A stretch of DNA of 64,000 bases, from the NCBI RefSeq assembly GCF_052425735.1, contig NC_135770.1:2170001-2234000 (forward strand). Reading direction: 5' to 3'. Below, piece after piece: positions 1-12,868 of this stretch. The notes below the pieces were generated by a model. That model was given only the letters and a program-made list of their open reading frames with translations, made no database searches and was not told the DNA's origin. The position numbers and the translations under genes were made by a program. This DNA is from Oculina patagonica. Taxonomy: Eukaryota. Positions within the stretch are counted from its first letter, which is position 1; each line of letters opens with the position of its first letter.

Positions 1-486
1 TATTTATGGTATGATGAATAAACAAACACGAGCGTCAAATTTTTTTATGATTTACTTTGTGTTATATTATTGCCCCTCCTGGCAATTTAGGGGTAATTTG
101 ACAAGGGATTTTTGGGGGGGTTATTTTTGGTCCAGGGATTTTTTTGGGTAAATTATGTCGGAAGAGACGGATTTTTTGGGGTCCTGAGTTTTGTCTCCAT
201 TTGATCATCCCCGTCATTTACAAGCCGGAGTACCCCCCTGGGCCATTACATGTAAGTGTTTTATGGTTTAAATTTATCTTCGGTTCAAAAATTTTCAAAA
301 CCAGTTTGATTTTAATTTTTCATTGTCTCATAATAATTATCATAATAGTCAAAGAGAAACAAATATCAAACTAGTTTCAAAAATTGAAAATTGAATCCAC
401 TGTGCTTACCATAAGGCCTTGTCATCACCCAAGGTGTAGTGTTACAACTGATATTCAATATTATAAGTTATAGAAAAAAAACCTAC

Positions 487-3438
487 TGTCTAGTAACTCT
501 GCACCGTCCACATCTTCTTCATTTCTTTGTTCTGTAGTCTTTTAATAGAACAAAAACAAAACTGGCATTGATCTGCAGTGTTGTTTTACTCATTAACCTC
601 TGTTTGTCTATTATCCCCATAACTCGACAACAATCTACATAAATCAAGATACTTTGGTAAAGTGCCTGTTTTACTGGCATAATAAATAAATTGTGTGATG
701 GACTTGTCCCTTACTACATAATTTGCATATTAATGATTTGATATGCTGTCTTCATGAACTGCTTGCATACATAATAGAAACAATTTATGGAGCAAGTTTA
801 GTTTTACCTCTGTCAGTGTTTATTCAAATGAGTTCACAGCTATACTTACATGAGCATCTTGACGTCTAGTTTTAAATCTTGACTTCTTTTTAGGTGGGAA
901 ACCAGTATCTAATCTGCTGGATGGTTGTACTGCTGGAAGACCTTGTTCCAAATAAAAAGAGGATAATGCATGAAAGTACAGTTACCAGGCGTTTTAAACA
1001 TACATGTCCTGATGCAAACAGGATGATCAGTTTGCTACAAATATTCAAATGAGCATATCAACCAGAGCTGTAGCCAATGGCCTGTACAGTAACTTATCAA
1101 AAGTTTTTTTATAGGTCTACACTAAGGTCCTTCATTATTCTTTCCTAAAATAAGTCATCTGTATGCCAGTTCAAAGGTGCCGACTACGATCATATGCCAG
1201 TACCCCACGCAATTTTGAAGTCCACGGCTCCACGCCAAAGATCTTTGGACGTAATGCATGTATCAATGTTAAGCTGCTGGGGGACGTATACAAAACATGG
1301 ACCCGGGTCCATGGACCACCCCCGTGGACCCGGTCCATGGACCACCTTGTGGACCTGGTCCATGGACCACCCCTGTGGACCACCCCCAATTTTCGAAAGA
1401 AAATCAAAGTGTAGAATGGGGACAGGGTATGAATTGAAGGCAGGTACTAAAACACAAAACAACGAAATGAAACCACTTAAATGAAATGACCAAAACAAGC
1501 TAAACCACCAAAACGAAACCGCCGAAACAACTGAAACAGCTGAAACGAGTGACAAAGACAACAAGACAAAATCACCGAAACAAGCAAAACCTTTACCAGC
1601 TAACCGTAAACAAACTAACCGGAGTCCTAGTTAGGCTAACCGTATATTCAGGCTATAAACCGGAGAGCACCTTCCATGCCTTCCACTCCGATTGGCCACT
1701 CCAGTTAGCCTGTAGCTTAGCGCCAGTGCTCGAAATTAGCGGTTGTCCGGTCGTCCGATACGACTAAAAGTTTGTACGGGCAACCAGTTTTTTTAGAAAT
1801 TTTAAGGCCTAGTTGCCCGAGAAAAAACCGCCGGACAACCAAAGAACTTACATTTCCGTGATCACCCAACACTCAACAGAATATCAATAAACCAAAGAAA
1901 ATGTAAGTTTAAACATGAAAATAGCTCTCTTCTAATCGATGGAATCCATCACAATTCTTAGGAAAAGGAAAGCAAAGGTTGAAACAGTTAATTGGACGTT
2001 TGTCGAGTGCAATAAGCCGAGATAAGCTTGCCGTGTTGTCTTTAATAAACACGTACAAACCTCGTTGAAATATTTTGACGCGTGTTGAAAGTGACGGCTA
2101 GTTAATTACGCATGCAGATTTGCATGACTTCAAAATTCAAAATATCTTGGCGCTTTGGAATGCATTTCTTGCCTTTATCTTAAGTGAAATTTAATTCTGA
2201 GCAAAGTTTAATTCAAGTTTCTTTCATATATCAAACTAAAGTTCAGAATTTTTTGGCTTTTTTAAGTGAACAGATTTGTGACCCACGTGTAATTGAGACG
2301 CATCTTGTCTGGCTGTTGTCTGGGAATAATTTATATTGTAGCTGTTTTGAGTTTGGTGTGTTTTTGCATGTGAAGGGATTTGTAAAATGACTATATCGCT
2401 TCTGAAAGTACAAATAAGTATTTTCATTTTGATTTTCTTTCGAAAATTAGGGGTGGTCCACAGGGGTGGTCCATGGACCGGGTCCACAAGGTGGTCCATG
2501 GACCGGGTCCACAGGGGTGGTCCATGGACCCGGGTCCATGTTTTGTATACGTCCGCTGCTGGGGGGGGGAGGCCGGGCATTTGAACTTAGCTGAGACTTT
2601 CTGATCAAATGCCCAACCCCAGGGCATGTGTGGATGTTCAAAAGAGTCACTTTTCAAAAAGACAGTCAAAAGTCCCCACCAAAGGCAAACAATAGCTGTC
2701 AAATTCCCTGCCTATACCCGGCCTCCCCCCCCCCCCCCCAGCGGCTTAACATTGATAGGTGCATAACCTATAAAGAATGCAGCCTGGCCCTACGGGAAGG
2801 GGTACTACCTTAGAAACACAATATGGGTATGGGTCGTATGTGATGGGGTAGGGGTTTCCAGAAACATCAGAGCACCCCGACCCAAACTTTTCCAAGTATC
2901 CCCCCCCCCCCCACCCTCGGCATCCTCCATCTCTGGGGTAAATTAATGATCAGCTGAAAAGCACAATGATTATGATGTAACCATACATAAACAGAACTGA
3001 TAAAAACAGCATAAACTCAGTTCCGGGCAAGATTTCCGCACAGCCCCATACATTAATTATGCATACAATCTTCTGACTGACTCGTTCTTTTCATGATTGC
3101 TGTTTGTGTATAGTGATAGTATGAAATAGTTGCATACATAATTAATGTATGGGGCTGTGCGGAAATCTTTCCCAGTTCCGTTATTTAACCATTAGTGTTC
3201 TCTTGAAGTAATTTTTATTTAAACGTCAAATCTTACCCTCTAACGTAACGACATCCCTTTCTACTTGCGCTCCGCATGGCAGCTCTCTTTTGTCCCCTGC
3301 GCTTGAGCTTCGAGGTTCCTCGGTTGGTGTATTCGACCGAACCACGGCTGCCGATGGGTTTAAACGACCAGCAAGGAATTGCTCTTGGAAACGAAGTAGA
3401 TCGCTTTCAGTTTCTTTAGATTCGGGCCTAGAAAACAT
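487..3438 (-). CDS. RPAP1: RNA polymerase II-associated protein 1, 5' exons only (gene continues beyond what can be resolved at the left of the window)
   Basis: Exon 3438-3237 encodes MFSRPESKETESDLLRFQEQFLAGRLNPSAAVVR...RDVVTLE, which matches the RPAP1 N-terminus ([23 protein letters not shown]...DVVML). It continues in frame through GT-AG introns into exons 941-850 (GLPAVQPSSRLDTGFPPKKKSRFKTRRQDAH) and 538-487 (TTEQRNEEDVDGAELLD). Confidence 0.8.
1255..2763. mobile_element. PIF/Harbinger-type MITE (TAA TSD) interrupted by a nested TIR element
   Basis: Imperfect TIRs TGCATGTATCAATGTTAAGCTGCTGGG and CCCAGCGGCTTAACATTGATAGGTGCA, flanked by TAA at 1252-1254 and 2764-2766. Confidence 0.7.
1282..2554. 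mobile_element. Non-autonomous foldback-type DNA transposon with ~130-bp internally repetitive TIRs and a 9-bp TSD (MuDR- or Merlin-like)
   Basis: TIRs GGACGTATACAAAACATGGACCCGGGTCCATGGACC... at both ends, built of GGTCCATGGACC subrepeats. Perfect direct repeat GCTGCTGGG at 1273-1281 and 2555-2563. Confidence 0.8.
3026..3172. mobile_element. 147-bp MITE with GG termini and an 8-bp TSD (Merlin-like)
   Basis: TIRs GGCAAGATTTCCGCACAGCCCCATACATTAATTATG and CATAATTAATGTATGGGGCTGTGCGGAAATCTTTCC. TSD CAGTTCCG at 3018-3025 and 3173-3180. Confidence 0.75.
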
Positions 3439-3558
3439 GGCTGTATTAGAGACGGCGGGAAATTTTGCACAAATCCTCGTTGATTTGGTTCGTAAAGCTT
3501 GGTAACCATACCATCTCTTAAAGAAAAGAAGATTGGGTACTAGCACCCCTGAAACAAA
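3439..3558. promoter_or_regulatory. Bidirectional promoter region RPAP1/MOCS3
   Basis: Only 120 bp separate the divergent start codons (3438 -, 3559 +). The region is locally CpG-rich, and a YY1-like AAAATGGCG overlaps the MOCS3 ATG. Confidence 0.65.
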
Positions 3559-6500
3559 ATGGCGGACGACTTGGAGGTTTTGCGGCAAGAGATTGCAAGA
3601 AAATCTTTAGAACTTGAATCAATGAAAAAACTATTAGCACTCAAGGTAAGTTGCCAAATAAAATAAAATAAATTAAACACAAGTAGAAGCATTAAATTAA
3701 TAGAACTTTCTTTGCTTTATCAGGAAAAAGAGCGCAGATCTCCAAGTTCTAAGGCACCAGAGAAAAAAGAAAGATTGAATAACAGTGAGATTTTACGCTA
3801 TAGCAGGCAGCTTATCTTACCAGAGATTGGTGTAAAAGGTATGCCTTTTGAAACATAACAGGTTTATTTTATCTTTATCTACATACGGAGCTGAAAAAAC
3901 TGTTATGGCAGTTTGAGAAAGAGGCCTGCTTGATTAAATCCAAGGATTCTGACTTCATATATTTTTAATTGTCTTTTTTATATTTCTTTTTCATTAAAAG
4001 TTATATGTTTTGTTAGTGTATTATTTAATGGCAGGTCCACACCAGCCTTTATGGTTGCCCTACGAGACCTGCCTTAACAAAAAGCTATGTATGTATGTAT
4101 GTATGTATTATGTATTATTTTTTTTTTTTTTTTTTTTTTTTTCTCATAAAAAGGAAGTGGAAGGCACAGTGGCCTAATGGCGGGTTTACGTGTAAGACTC
4201 CAGATCGAGCGGTCCGGGTTGCCGAGGCACTGCTTTGTCTCCTTGGGCAAGACACTTTACTCTCACAGTGCCTCTCTCCAGCCAGGTGTATAAATGGGTA
4301 CTGGCGAATTTAATTCGGGGGAGGGGGGAGGGGGGTGGGGGGAACCCTGTACTCTTATTTGCTTCATGCTACTGAAACCAAAATAAAACCTGGCCTGATG
4401 GGCCACTAGGTTCGAATGCAGACTTAAGCTACCCCTCATGAATAGGACATAACATAAATCTGTGATCTGAGAAAGAGTTCTTTTGAAAAACCTTACTCAG
4501 CTGATAGTTTCAATTTCGATACACATCTGATTTTTATTAATGTTGTGTTCTGATGACTTGCCCCACAGGACAGATAAAACTATACAATGCTTCAATGCTG
4601 ATTGTTGGTGCAGGTGGTCTTGGGTGTCCTGTGGCACAGTATCTGGCTGCCGCTGGAGTAGGTATGGAACAAGTGTATAAGAAGTTGGATTAGGTAGAGG
4701 TCAAAGGGCATAGGCAACTTGCTATAAAATAGAGATAAATATAAAATGGACTGGATATTTAGCCAAGTAAACAACTTACGACAAGCTAAGAGGTTCCTTT
4801 TCCAGTCAGTGGTCATTCATCTAGATGGTTGACCAGTGGGCCAGCTCTCCAGTGGTGCTCCAAAGCACATCACGATACACTGTGGCATGGCGCTTTAATC
4901 TAGTATGGTTTAAAAGTTCTTGTGGCATTCATCGTTAATCTCTAGTGGAGCTTCTTCCCCTCCCTACTCTTCTCCCTTTTTATCTTCTAATGATCCTTTC
5001 ACTACCCAGGGTGCCAACGGGCAATAGAGGGCAGTCACTCAGTCAGTCAGTCAGTTAGTCAGTCAGTCACTCAGTAAGTACTGGTAAGTCAGTCAGTCAA
5101 TCATGATCAGTCAGTCCGGCACTCACTTAGCCAGTCAGTCAGTAGGTCGGTCAGTGGGTTGGTAAGTAAGCACCAATCCTACAAGTATCACAGTGCCTAA
5201 AAAGGGCTTCAGGGATTTTGCCAACCATTGCTAGAGGCCAGGATAGTAGCAACTGGCTGTCCACAGAAGTAGTCCCTGATTTCCCAATCAGCCACCCTCA
5301 AATAGAAGCAGTCAGGTACAGTAAAAACCCGGGTATAAGAACCTAGAAATTAAGAACCTCCTGGCAGAAATTTGCTTCCTTAATACCCCAAAAGGTTCTT
5401 ATATGTGGGGTTAAACTATTTTATTTATAATACAATAACTGTATTTTATCAAAAAGGATGTCTTTAGAGATCAAGAATTGCACAGGGAAGCAAAAAATGC
5501 CAGTAAGTACCTCAAAATATAAGAACCTGTTTTGCCAAACTCTAAAAAAGCAGGTTCTTATACGCGGGTTTTTACTGTAATTGGTAGACATATTGTTTTA
5601 TTAGATTACAATTTACAGACTGTACAGCTTACATTTGTCTGTGTATTCTTGCAGGATGTATAGGTATTGTGGATTATGATACAGTTGAGATAAGCAATCT
5701 TCACAGACAAGTTCTTCATACAGAGAGCAGAGTTAATATATCTAAAGCGGAATCTATAAAAATACAATTGAACCAGTAAGTGGCTGTCTTGTGATTTAAT
5801 TTACCGGTATTGGTTAACTGTTTTGTGATAATGATGACTGATCTTAATTCGATTTATTTTCATTGCTTTATTAGGTTGAATTCCTCTGTTGTGTGTATAC
5901 CATACTCCGTGCAGCTTACAAGCAGCAATGCCTTAGAAATAATTGAAAAATATCCTTTTTTTAAACCAAAGTTGTTTTAAATAGTTACTTCATGTCGTGT
6001 ATATTTTTTTTTTTTAAAAAAAGAAAAAAAAAAAAATTAAGTCACTGCGTTAAGTCTTATGCTGGAAGGCATGCAAATGGTGGCCTCTACTGATCACCTC
6101 CTCCAACTGCCACTAAAACTAAATACTTATTAATTCAGTAAAGTTTTGGCAATAGGATTTCTGGGAACATTTGATAGGTAAATCCTGCATGTACATGTTG
6201 CAGTTCAAGGTACAGTTTGTTTTTGGAACCAGTGAAAAATTATTGATCTGGACCCAGTTGTTTATAAGGTGGATTATCATAATGCTATTTACTGGTCAAG
6301 ATAAATCACTAAGTGTTGCATGGGATAGTGATCTAGCCACTGAATAGTGTTCCCGTATTTTTTGTTCAATTAAGCGCCCACCTCGAATAAGCGCCTACCC
6401 TGAAAGTAGGATAAGTTTATAAGCGCCCAGCCTCGAATAAGCACCCACCCCCCACCACCTAAAAAAATGAAAAAAAATGAAGTGCACGAGAGGAGTGAAA

Positions 6501-9500
6501 TTGACTAAGTACTACCAAGAGACTACCCCGAAGACCGAGCTTCCTCAGTAATTTTCAGAAGCTTTCAATGAACAGTTAAAATTCAGCTTTTATACATCTT
6601 CACTGTTTGTTATTATTTACTGTTTTCTTGCAAAATAAGCGTACTACTTGCTAAAATTGGTGAAAATGTAATAAGTGCCCAGCCTCAATAAGCCCCACCT
6701 TAATAAGCGCCCCTCTAAGTCCAAATTTCCGCCTATCATCTCCCCTCCAAGAACCCCTGGCACTGTTTGAAGTACTGGCTGCTGAGTGACTCATTGTTAA
6801 AGGTCTATAATTTAATAAATGGTGTTTGTGATCCTTAATAAACAAACATATGATGTTGTGTTGGATGCAACAGACAATGTAGCTACAAGGTGAGACTGTT
6901 TCTCTTTAAAAATGAGTATTTATATGACTTTTTTTATTATCTAGATGCATTATCACAAATGGTAAGTGAACCTACAGGTCACTGTCCATAATATTGTACT
7001 CTTTGGCAAGACATTTGACTCTCACAGTGTCTCTCTCCACCCAAATAATAATAAAATTAAATTTAAATAATTTAAAATTAAATGGGAAGCAGCTAATTGT
7101 TAGCTAGGGTAAACAGAGTGTCAATGATCAGTCCTAATATTTTATGTAAATATTTGTGTTAGCATCCCATCTAGAGGGAGTAAAAACATTTTTTAGTCAC
7201 CAAATGCTGTGAAGACAGGGTTGAGCACTGAGAAGCAAATTTAATATGCTCATTTATTCTACCTTGTTGTACATTTCTACTGTAGATACCTCCTGAACGA
7301 TGCATGTGTCTTGGCTGGAAAACCTCTAGTATCTGGCAGTGCTCTGAGATTTGAAGGACAGGTATGGTGAACATAAATTCTCATTGAACATTTAATGAAT
7401 CATTTTTATTGCTTTTTACAAAATCCTACATTTGAATTATTAAATATTAATAATTTTTTTAAACCTGTTCTATTTTTAGCTCACAGTGTACAACCATGAC
7501 GGAGGTCCATGTTATCGCTGTTTATTCCCCAGTCCTCCTCCACCAGAATCTGTTGGCAACTGTTCAGATACTGGAGTCCTGGGACCAGGTTAGTTGTAGC
7601 AAGTTACAAGTGTTCAGGCTTCTTGACATCCCTTCCATTTCAATGCTAGTACTCAGAAGAGCTGTTGCTCATCATTGCACAGCATAATATTATGCGAGCT
7701 CAACTTCAGATTATATTTCATGAAGTGACTGGAGACCATAAGTATTGCTTTAGCACATGAATGGTATGCTAGTCCATCACAGGTATGCTACCCCCAGCAT
7801 TTTCTCAGGTTGCCATGATAGCAATTTCACAGCTCCATTGTGTGTAGATGGGAGGCGCGGTGGCCTAACGGTCAGTGTGCTGGACTCTGGATTGAGTGGT
7901 CTGCAGGGGTTCAAGCCCTGGCCGGGGTCATTGTGTTGTGTTCTTGGACAAGACACTTGTTCTCTCATAGTGCTTCTCTCCATTCAGGTGTATAAATGGG
8001 CATCGGCAAATTGAATGCTGGGGATAACCCAGTGATGGACTAGAATCCCACCCAAGGGGAAGTAGAAATATTCTTAGTCACTTCATGCTTTGGAAACTGG
8101 GATAAGCTTCAGCCTGATGGGCCACTAGGCTTGAAAACAGACTTCTTCCTTACCTCACCAGGGCTCAAGACTAACTTTTTTGTAATGGTGTGTTTTTTTT
8201 TTTTTTCTTTTTTTTTTTTTTAAGGGGGGGGGGGGGGGGGGGGGGGGTTTTTTTTTTTTACCCATGTGTGTGGATGTGTGTGGAAGCCTAATGGTGAGCA
8301 TGTTGGACTCCAGATTGATTAATTACAGTAATCAATTCAAAAGATTCCTTAATTTTACTTAGTTACAGTTCGTAACTAATTTGGCACAAAATTTTTCTAT
8401 TCACCCCCCTCCTTTGTGTTTTGTTTTTCAGTCCCTGGAGTTATTGGAACATTGCAAGCTTTGGAAGCAATTAAAATTGTTGTTGGAATCAAATGTATCC
8501 TTCTAGAAAAAGTGACAATTTATTTGGCCTCTAATTTTTACTAGATGTGAATAACATTAACATTTCTCCTCATACGGAGCTGCATGAATTTTAGCTGGTG
8601 TTAGAATACCTACTGGAGTTTTGGCACTGACGTGCTGGTTATTATGCATATCTGACAATACATCTTCTGTACATTATTTAACCCTTAACTGTGTTATTTG
8701 CACTAACTTATAGCATCCTACTCTCAAAAGATGCTTATTTATGATGCACTGGATGGCAGGTTTCTCACAATCAAATTACGCCCAAGGCAGACAAAGTGCT
8801 CTGTTTGTGGTGACAATCCATCAATAAACAAGCTACTGGATTATGAACTCTTTTGTGGGGCTTCAGCTACAGACAAGGTTGGAAGTCAAAAAATTAAGTG
8901 GCATAATTTCTAAAAATTTGGTTTGTTAAAATATTAATTGTTTGTTGATTAGGGGTGACCAGTATAGTTTTGATGGGGGGGGGGGGGTTGCTGCATGAAT
9001 TTAAGCTTCTCAATTTTTTTTTCTATTCTCCCAGCTTTTCTGGATATTTTTTGGATGTTTGCTCTGACTATTTTTTTCTTCATAACAGCTTTTTTTTTTT
9101 CGACTCAGGAGGCTTTATTCATTATTTTCTTGGGGATTTGCACAACCCCCCACCATAAATCTAATGGTCCACCCCTTACGTATTATACCATACCGTACAT
9201 GAGAAAGTGGTTGTGTTATAAATATTGGTGAAATGAATGCTTTTTCCACGGCATTCATTCTTTATATCTGGTGGCGCACTGTATCTACAAGTAGTTGGTT
9301 ATAGAGTGGTTGCAAATATAATAATTTTTTATGTTGTTACAAATGAATGAACATTGAAGCTCAAATCAGATTTTTGGCAGGTTGCTTTCCTTAATCTACA
9401 GCTTTTATCTTTCCTTCTAGATACAGTACTTCTAGTACAGTTTCTAATGTTTACCTATTTCCGTTTCAATCATTTTTGCAGACTCCATCTTTAAAAATTT

Positions 9501-11817
9501 TACACAAACATCAAAGAGTTTCTGTTCAGGCAAGTAAAACCGAAACACTTTCATTGTTGATTAAGGTAAATTGTCTACCATATATAGTGTAGTGAATTTG
9601 GCAAGCTGACTTTTCAAACATTAGCCCTTTGTTGGGGCAATTAATTAATTTTTTTGTTCTTGCTCTGATGAAGGGCTTACACTCAAAACATCTTTAGCCT
9701 TAGTTTCCGAATTTGCTATCATGGTTAGTTCATTTACCGTTATCATCTTCAATCTAGTTGTTGACTGAGTACAGTCGAAGCTCTCTTAACAGACACTCTC
9801 GTAAGCAGACAGCTCTACTTACGGCCGCCTTGTTTAAAAACCCCGTTTTAACCCCCATACAAACTCTGTATTTTTACATTCTCGTAAGCGGACATTCTCG
9901 TAAGCGGCCGCGGACACTTTCAAAGATTACGACTTAGACTTTTTCTTTGTTTCGAAGCTCCCGTAAGTGGACACCCCAAAGAAAATCCTATTAACAGCCT
10001 CTGCATCTTGTTTCTATCAATCAACTTCACATCGCAGTTCGTCGCTACGATTTTACAGTAATTACAGTACGATATTTCAGTGCTTGTTTTGTCGTCATCC
10101 ACATCCGTCCGGTGATTGTTAGTTTGGCAAGCTCCCTTAAGTGGCCATTTATCCCCTACACCTCTAGTGGTCGCTTTCGAGAACCATTCTCATAAGCGGC
10201 CAGCTCCAGTTACTGACACTTTTTTCGCGTCCCGAGGGTGTCTACTTACGAGAGCTTCGACTGTATTACTACATGTAAGTATTTCACAGTTTGCCCTCTG
10301 ACTGGCCAGCATAACAGTTCTTTAGAAACAAACCTAGTGTAAATTTTTGCTGTGATCTTGTGTATTTCAGTTCTAAGTAAATGTGCATGTTATCATTCCC
10401 TTTAGGAATATAAGCAGGTTATTGACCAGCATAATCCTCATATTCTCCTGGATGTTAGGGAACCTGTGGAGCTAGAAATCTGTTCCCTTCCAGCTGAATC
10501 CTTGAGTATCCTTTAGCGTCAAGTATTTTGCTAATTATTCTGACTATTATTCAGTATTATTTTTGTACTTACAATATCAAAATAAATTTTAAATATTGGC
10601 GTCTGCAAAAAAATCTGTACAAACTCCTGCTTAATGAGGTCCAACTTGATCAGATCATTAGCTAGAAATCAAATGTTTCTGATTTTAGTAAATCGAAGTG
10701 GAATTATTTTTTGCTCCTTAATTGAAATCATTGTAAGATATTCCCCTGAGAATTCTCCATTCCCCTGAGCAACAAAACACACTGAAAGAAGCAATATCCA
10801 ATCTGGCTGAGAAAGAAACACTCTTATCAACAGTTAATGGTGAGTTTAACATCTTTGTTTTAAATAACTTTGCGCAGATATATTGCATTTTACAATAATT
10901 ATCCATACTGGTCATTTTATGTATTGGCCATTCCAAGGTTGCACAGGAAGCTGCGGCAAGTTTTAAATTTTAAGCAATCGTTAATCTGACACCTCCACAT
11001 GAAAGATCTTAGTGAGATTGGTCGTTTGACAGCATCCCCCAAAACCATAGAAAGTTTTATTTTTTTATGATTTCTGTGGTACTCTTTAAAAGGGCAGACA
11101 GTGATTTTCATCTTAAGTTTCTTTCAAATAATGGGTCTTTGGCAGAATTTTACAGCTGTCACAAAACGGATAAAAATTTTAAGAGTTTATAATATGGTTT
11201 TGGGGGACACTGGCTCACAATTAGAGACGTTAGTATGGATTTTGAACCATGTTTCAAGGTCCATAACTTCGTTTCTGTTCATCCTGACAGCATCAAACTT
11301 GTTCAAATGACTAATCTCACCGTTATCTTTCATATAGTGGTGTCAGATTATTGATTACTTAAAAATTTTAAACTTGTCCAAATTCCTTGCACAACTTTGG
11401 AACGGCCAAGAGGGTTTTTTGGTTGGAACCCAATGCCTTTGGAAAATCCAGTTTAACTTCACTCTTTCCTTTAAAAATTTTCACTTTTACCCCTCATCAG
11501 CTAAATTTTGATAACCTTTTTGAGGTCTACTGGATGAACTCAAAGTCAGAATAAAGGTATTACTAAATTCATTTCTCATTACAGTTTATGTACTATGCAA
11601 GCAAGGAAATGATTCTCAAAAAGCTGTGGAGTTGTTAAGGGAAACATTGTGCAGAAATATTGATGAACTGTTAAGCAATAAAGATACATCACTCCTGACA
11701 GACGACAAGCAAGATATACAAGATAAAAACACACATTGTGATGTTGTATTTAAAGACATTGCTGGTGGACTACATGCGTGGGCTAAACATATAGACAAAG
11801 ATTTTCCTGTATATTAA
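3559..11817 (+). CDS. MOCS3: Adenylyltransferase and sulfurtransferase MOCS3/UBA4 (ThiF/MoeB domain + C-terminal rhodanese), 14 exons, 475 aa
   Basis: Exons 3559-3645, 3724-3838, 4569-4661, 5655-5775, 5875-5949, 6848-6889, 7286-7361, 7480-7588, 8432-8494, 8714-8877, 9482-9529, 10406-10505, 10738-10839 and 11585-11817 sum to 1428 nt with an open frame. Motifs: [55 protein letters not shown] and the rhodanese active loop CKQGNDSQ. Confidence 0.96.
4157..4432 (+). mobile_element. tRNA-derived SINE
   Basis: tRNA-like head (GGCACAGTGGCCTAATGG...GGTCCGGGTT) followed by the body TTGGGCAAGACACTTTACTCTCACAGTGCCTCTCTCCA..CCAGGTGTATAAATGGGTAC, which is shared with other copies in the window. Confidence 0.75.
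5030..5160. repeat. Degenerate (CAGT)n microsatellite
   Basis: Repeated AGTCAGTCAGTC units. Confidence 0.8.
5319..5577. mobile_element. Tc1/mariner-pogo-type MITE (TA TSD)
   Basis: TA|CAGTAAAAACCCGGGTATAAGAACCT ... AGGTTCTTATACGCGGGTTTTTACTG|TA. Confidence 0.75.
5950..6847 (+). other. U12-type AT-AC intron (MOCS3 intron 5)
   Basis: 5' splice site ATATCCTTT at 5950, branch site TCCTTAAT at 6832-6839, terminal AC at 6846-6847. Splicing gives the conserved IEK|[10 protein letters not shown]. Confidence 0.93.
7848..8150 (+). mobile_element. tRNA-derived SINE
   Basis: GGAGGCGCGGTGGCCTAACGGTCAGTGTGCTGGACTC...GGTTCAAGCCC (A/B-box-like) followed by the shared SINE body and tail. Confidence 0.8.
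8495..8713 (+). other. U12-type GT-AG intron (MOCS3 intron 9)
   Basis: 5' splice site GTATCCTTC, branch site CCCTTAAC at 8682-8689, AG at 8712-8713. Frame preserved (GIKS|SYSQKML). Confidence 0.88.
9772..10263. mobile_element. Tc1/mariner-pogo-type MITE (TA TSD)
   Basis: TA|CAGTCGAAGCTCTC ... GAGAGCTTCGACTG|TA, with internal CTCGTAAGCGG subrepeats. Confidence 0.75.
10506..10737 (+). other. U12-type GT-AG intron (MOCS3 intron 12)
   Basis: 5' splice site GTATCCTTT, branch site TCCTTAAT at 10715-10722, AG at 10736-10737 with no polypyrimidine tract. Frame preserved (SLN|IPL). Confidence 0.9.
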
Positions 11818-12868
11818 AACACAGGTTCTGAGGCCATGTGGCATTGAATTAAGGGGGCACCTCTCTCTTTTCACACTTAATTAAATAGCTTCAAAAACAT
11901 GGTACAATAAATATGCTGTATTTAATAAAATGGACAAAATAACACTGTAAATAAACTACAAATAGTAAACATTTAATGTTAGGTTTTAATGTCTCTATTG
12001 ATCACTTAGTGACCAGGAATACATTAATAAGTAATTAACATATTTTATTATCAGTTTTTAATGAAGTTTACACAACGTTAAAATAATTAGTAATGTTGCA
12101 AGTGTTAAAGTGGCACTGTCTTGAAAATCATTGCTGATATGAACAATACAGCTGGCTATTTACATTTAATCTAGTGTTGCCAAGAAATTAAACTTGCAGC
12201 TAGGAGGTGTCGGGTGTGAGTGGATGATTTGAACTCTGTACAAAGCTGATTAATTTGTATGTACGTGTACAGACTGCAAATTTTGGGTCCTCGGATGTTA
12301 TTAGTGAGGTTTGCCGTGAATCTGATTTCACTGATTTTACTGTAATTAGAGGAAAGCAGGGGAGTTTGAGATATCCAAGTTTGAGTTACCGGAGTTTTAC
12401 TGTACAACACATCGAGTAAAAGTGATCTTCAAGTAACTTCTAAACTCAACCTAGTATGAACTTGCAATGAACAGCCACCCAGAAAAAAACCTCTGAGGCA
12501 TATTCAGACCTGACCAATAAAGGTATAGTCAGTGCAACTTGCTATTTTTGAGGGGTTTTCTTAAGTTTTTTCTTTCTTTCTTTTTTTTATCTTTGACATA
12601 GCAACTGCAAAAACCACTTTTACCAGAAAATGTTACATGTTACTTTGTTTAATTAGTGACTATACAGCCTATAAATAATCCATTATCCTCTTTGTCATTT
12701 GCTCAACAAAAACAACACAGTCCCAAATTCTCACTGGGTGTCTTACAGCTATAGTCCAATGATAATTATTCAGTCTACAAACCGGTAATAAGTAAGCAGG
12801 TTTCACTTGGTTTCTTTCTTTCAGCTCCAACATAAAATTCTTTTAAAACGTTTAAAATAAAGTTGCTG

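Noticed and set aside
408-448. Candidate next RPAP1 exon (AG...GTAAG on the minus strand)
   Set aside because: The required phase gives an in-frame TGA, so the exon is not supported.
1163-2702. Several overlapping ORFs with GPWT/MDH repeats
   Set aside because: They are translations of the palindromic TIR subrepeats of a non-coding transposon.
8190-8260. Long T and G homopolymer runs (possible G-quadruplex)
   Set aside because: Low-complexity tract whose length is unreliable in assemblies; no supportable function.
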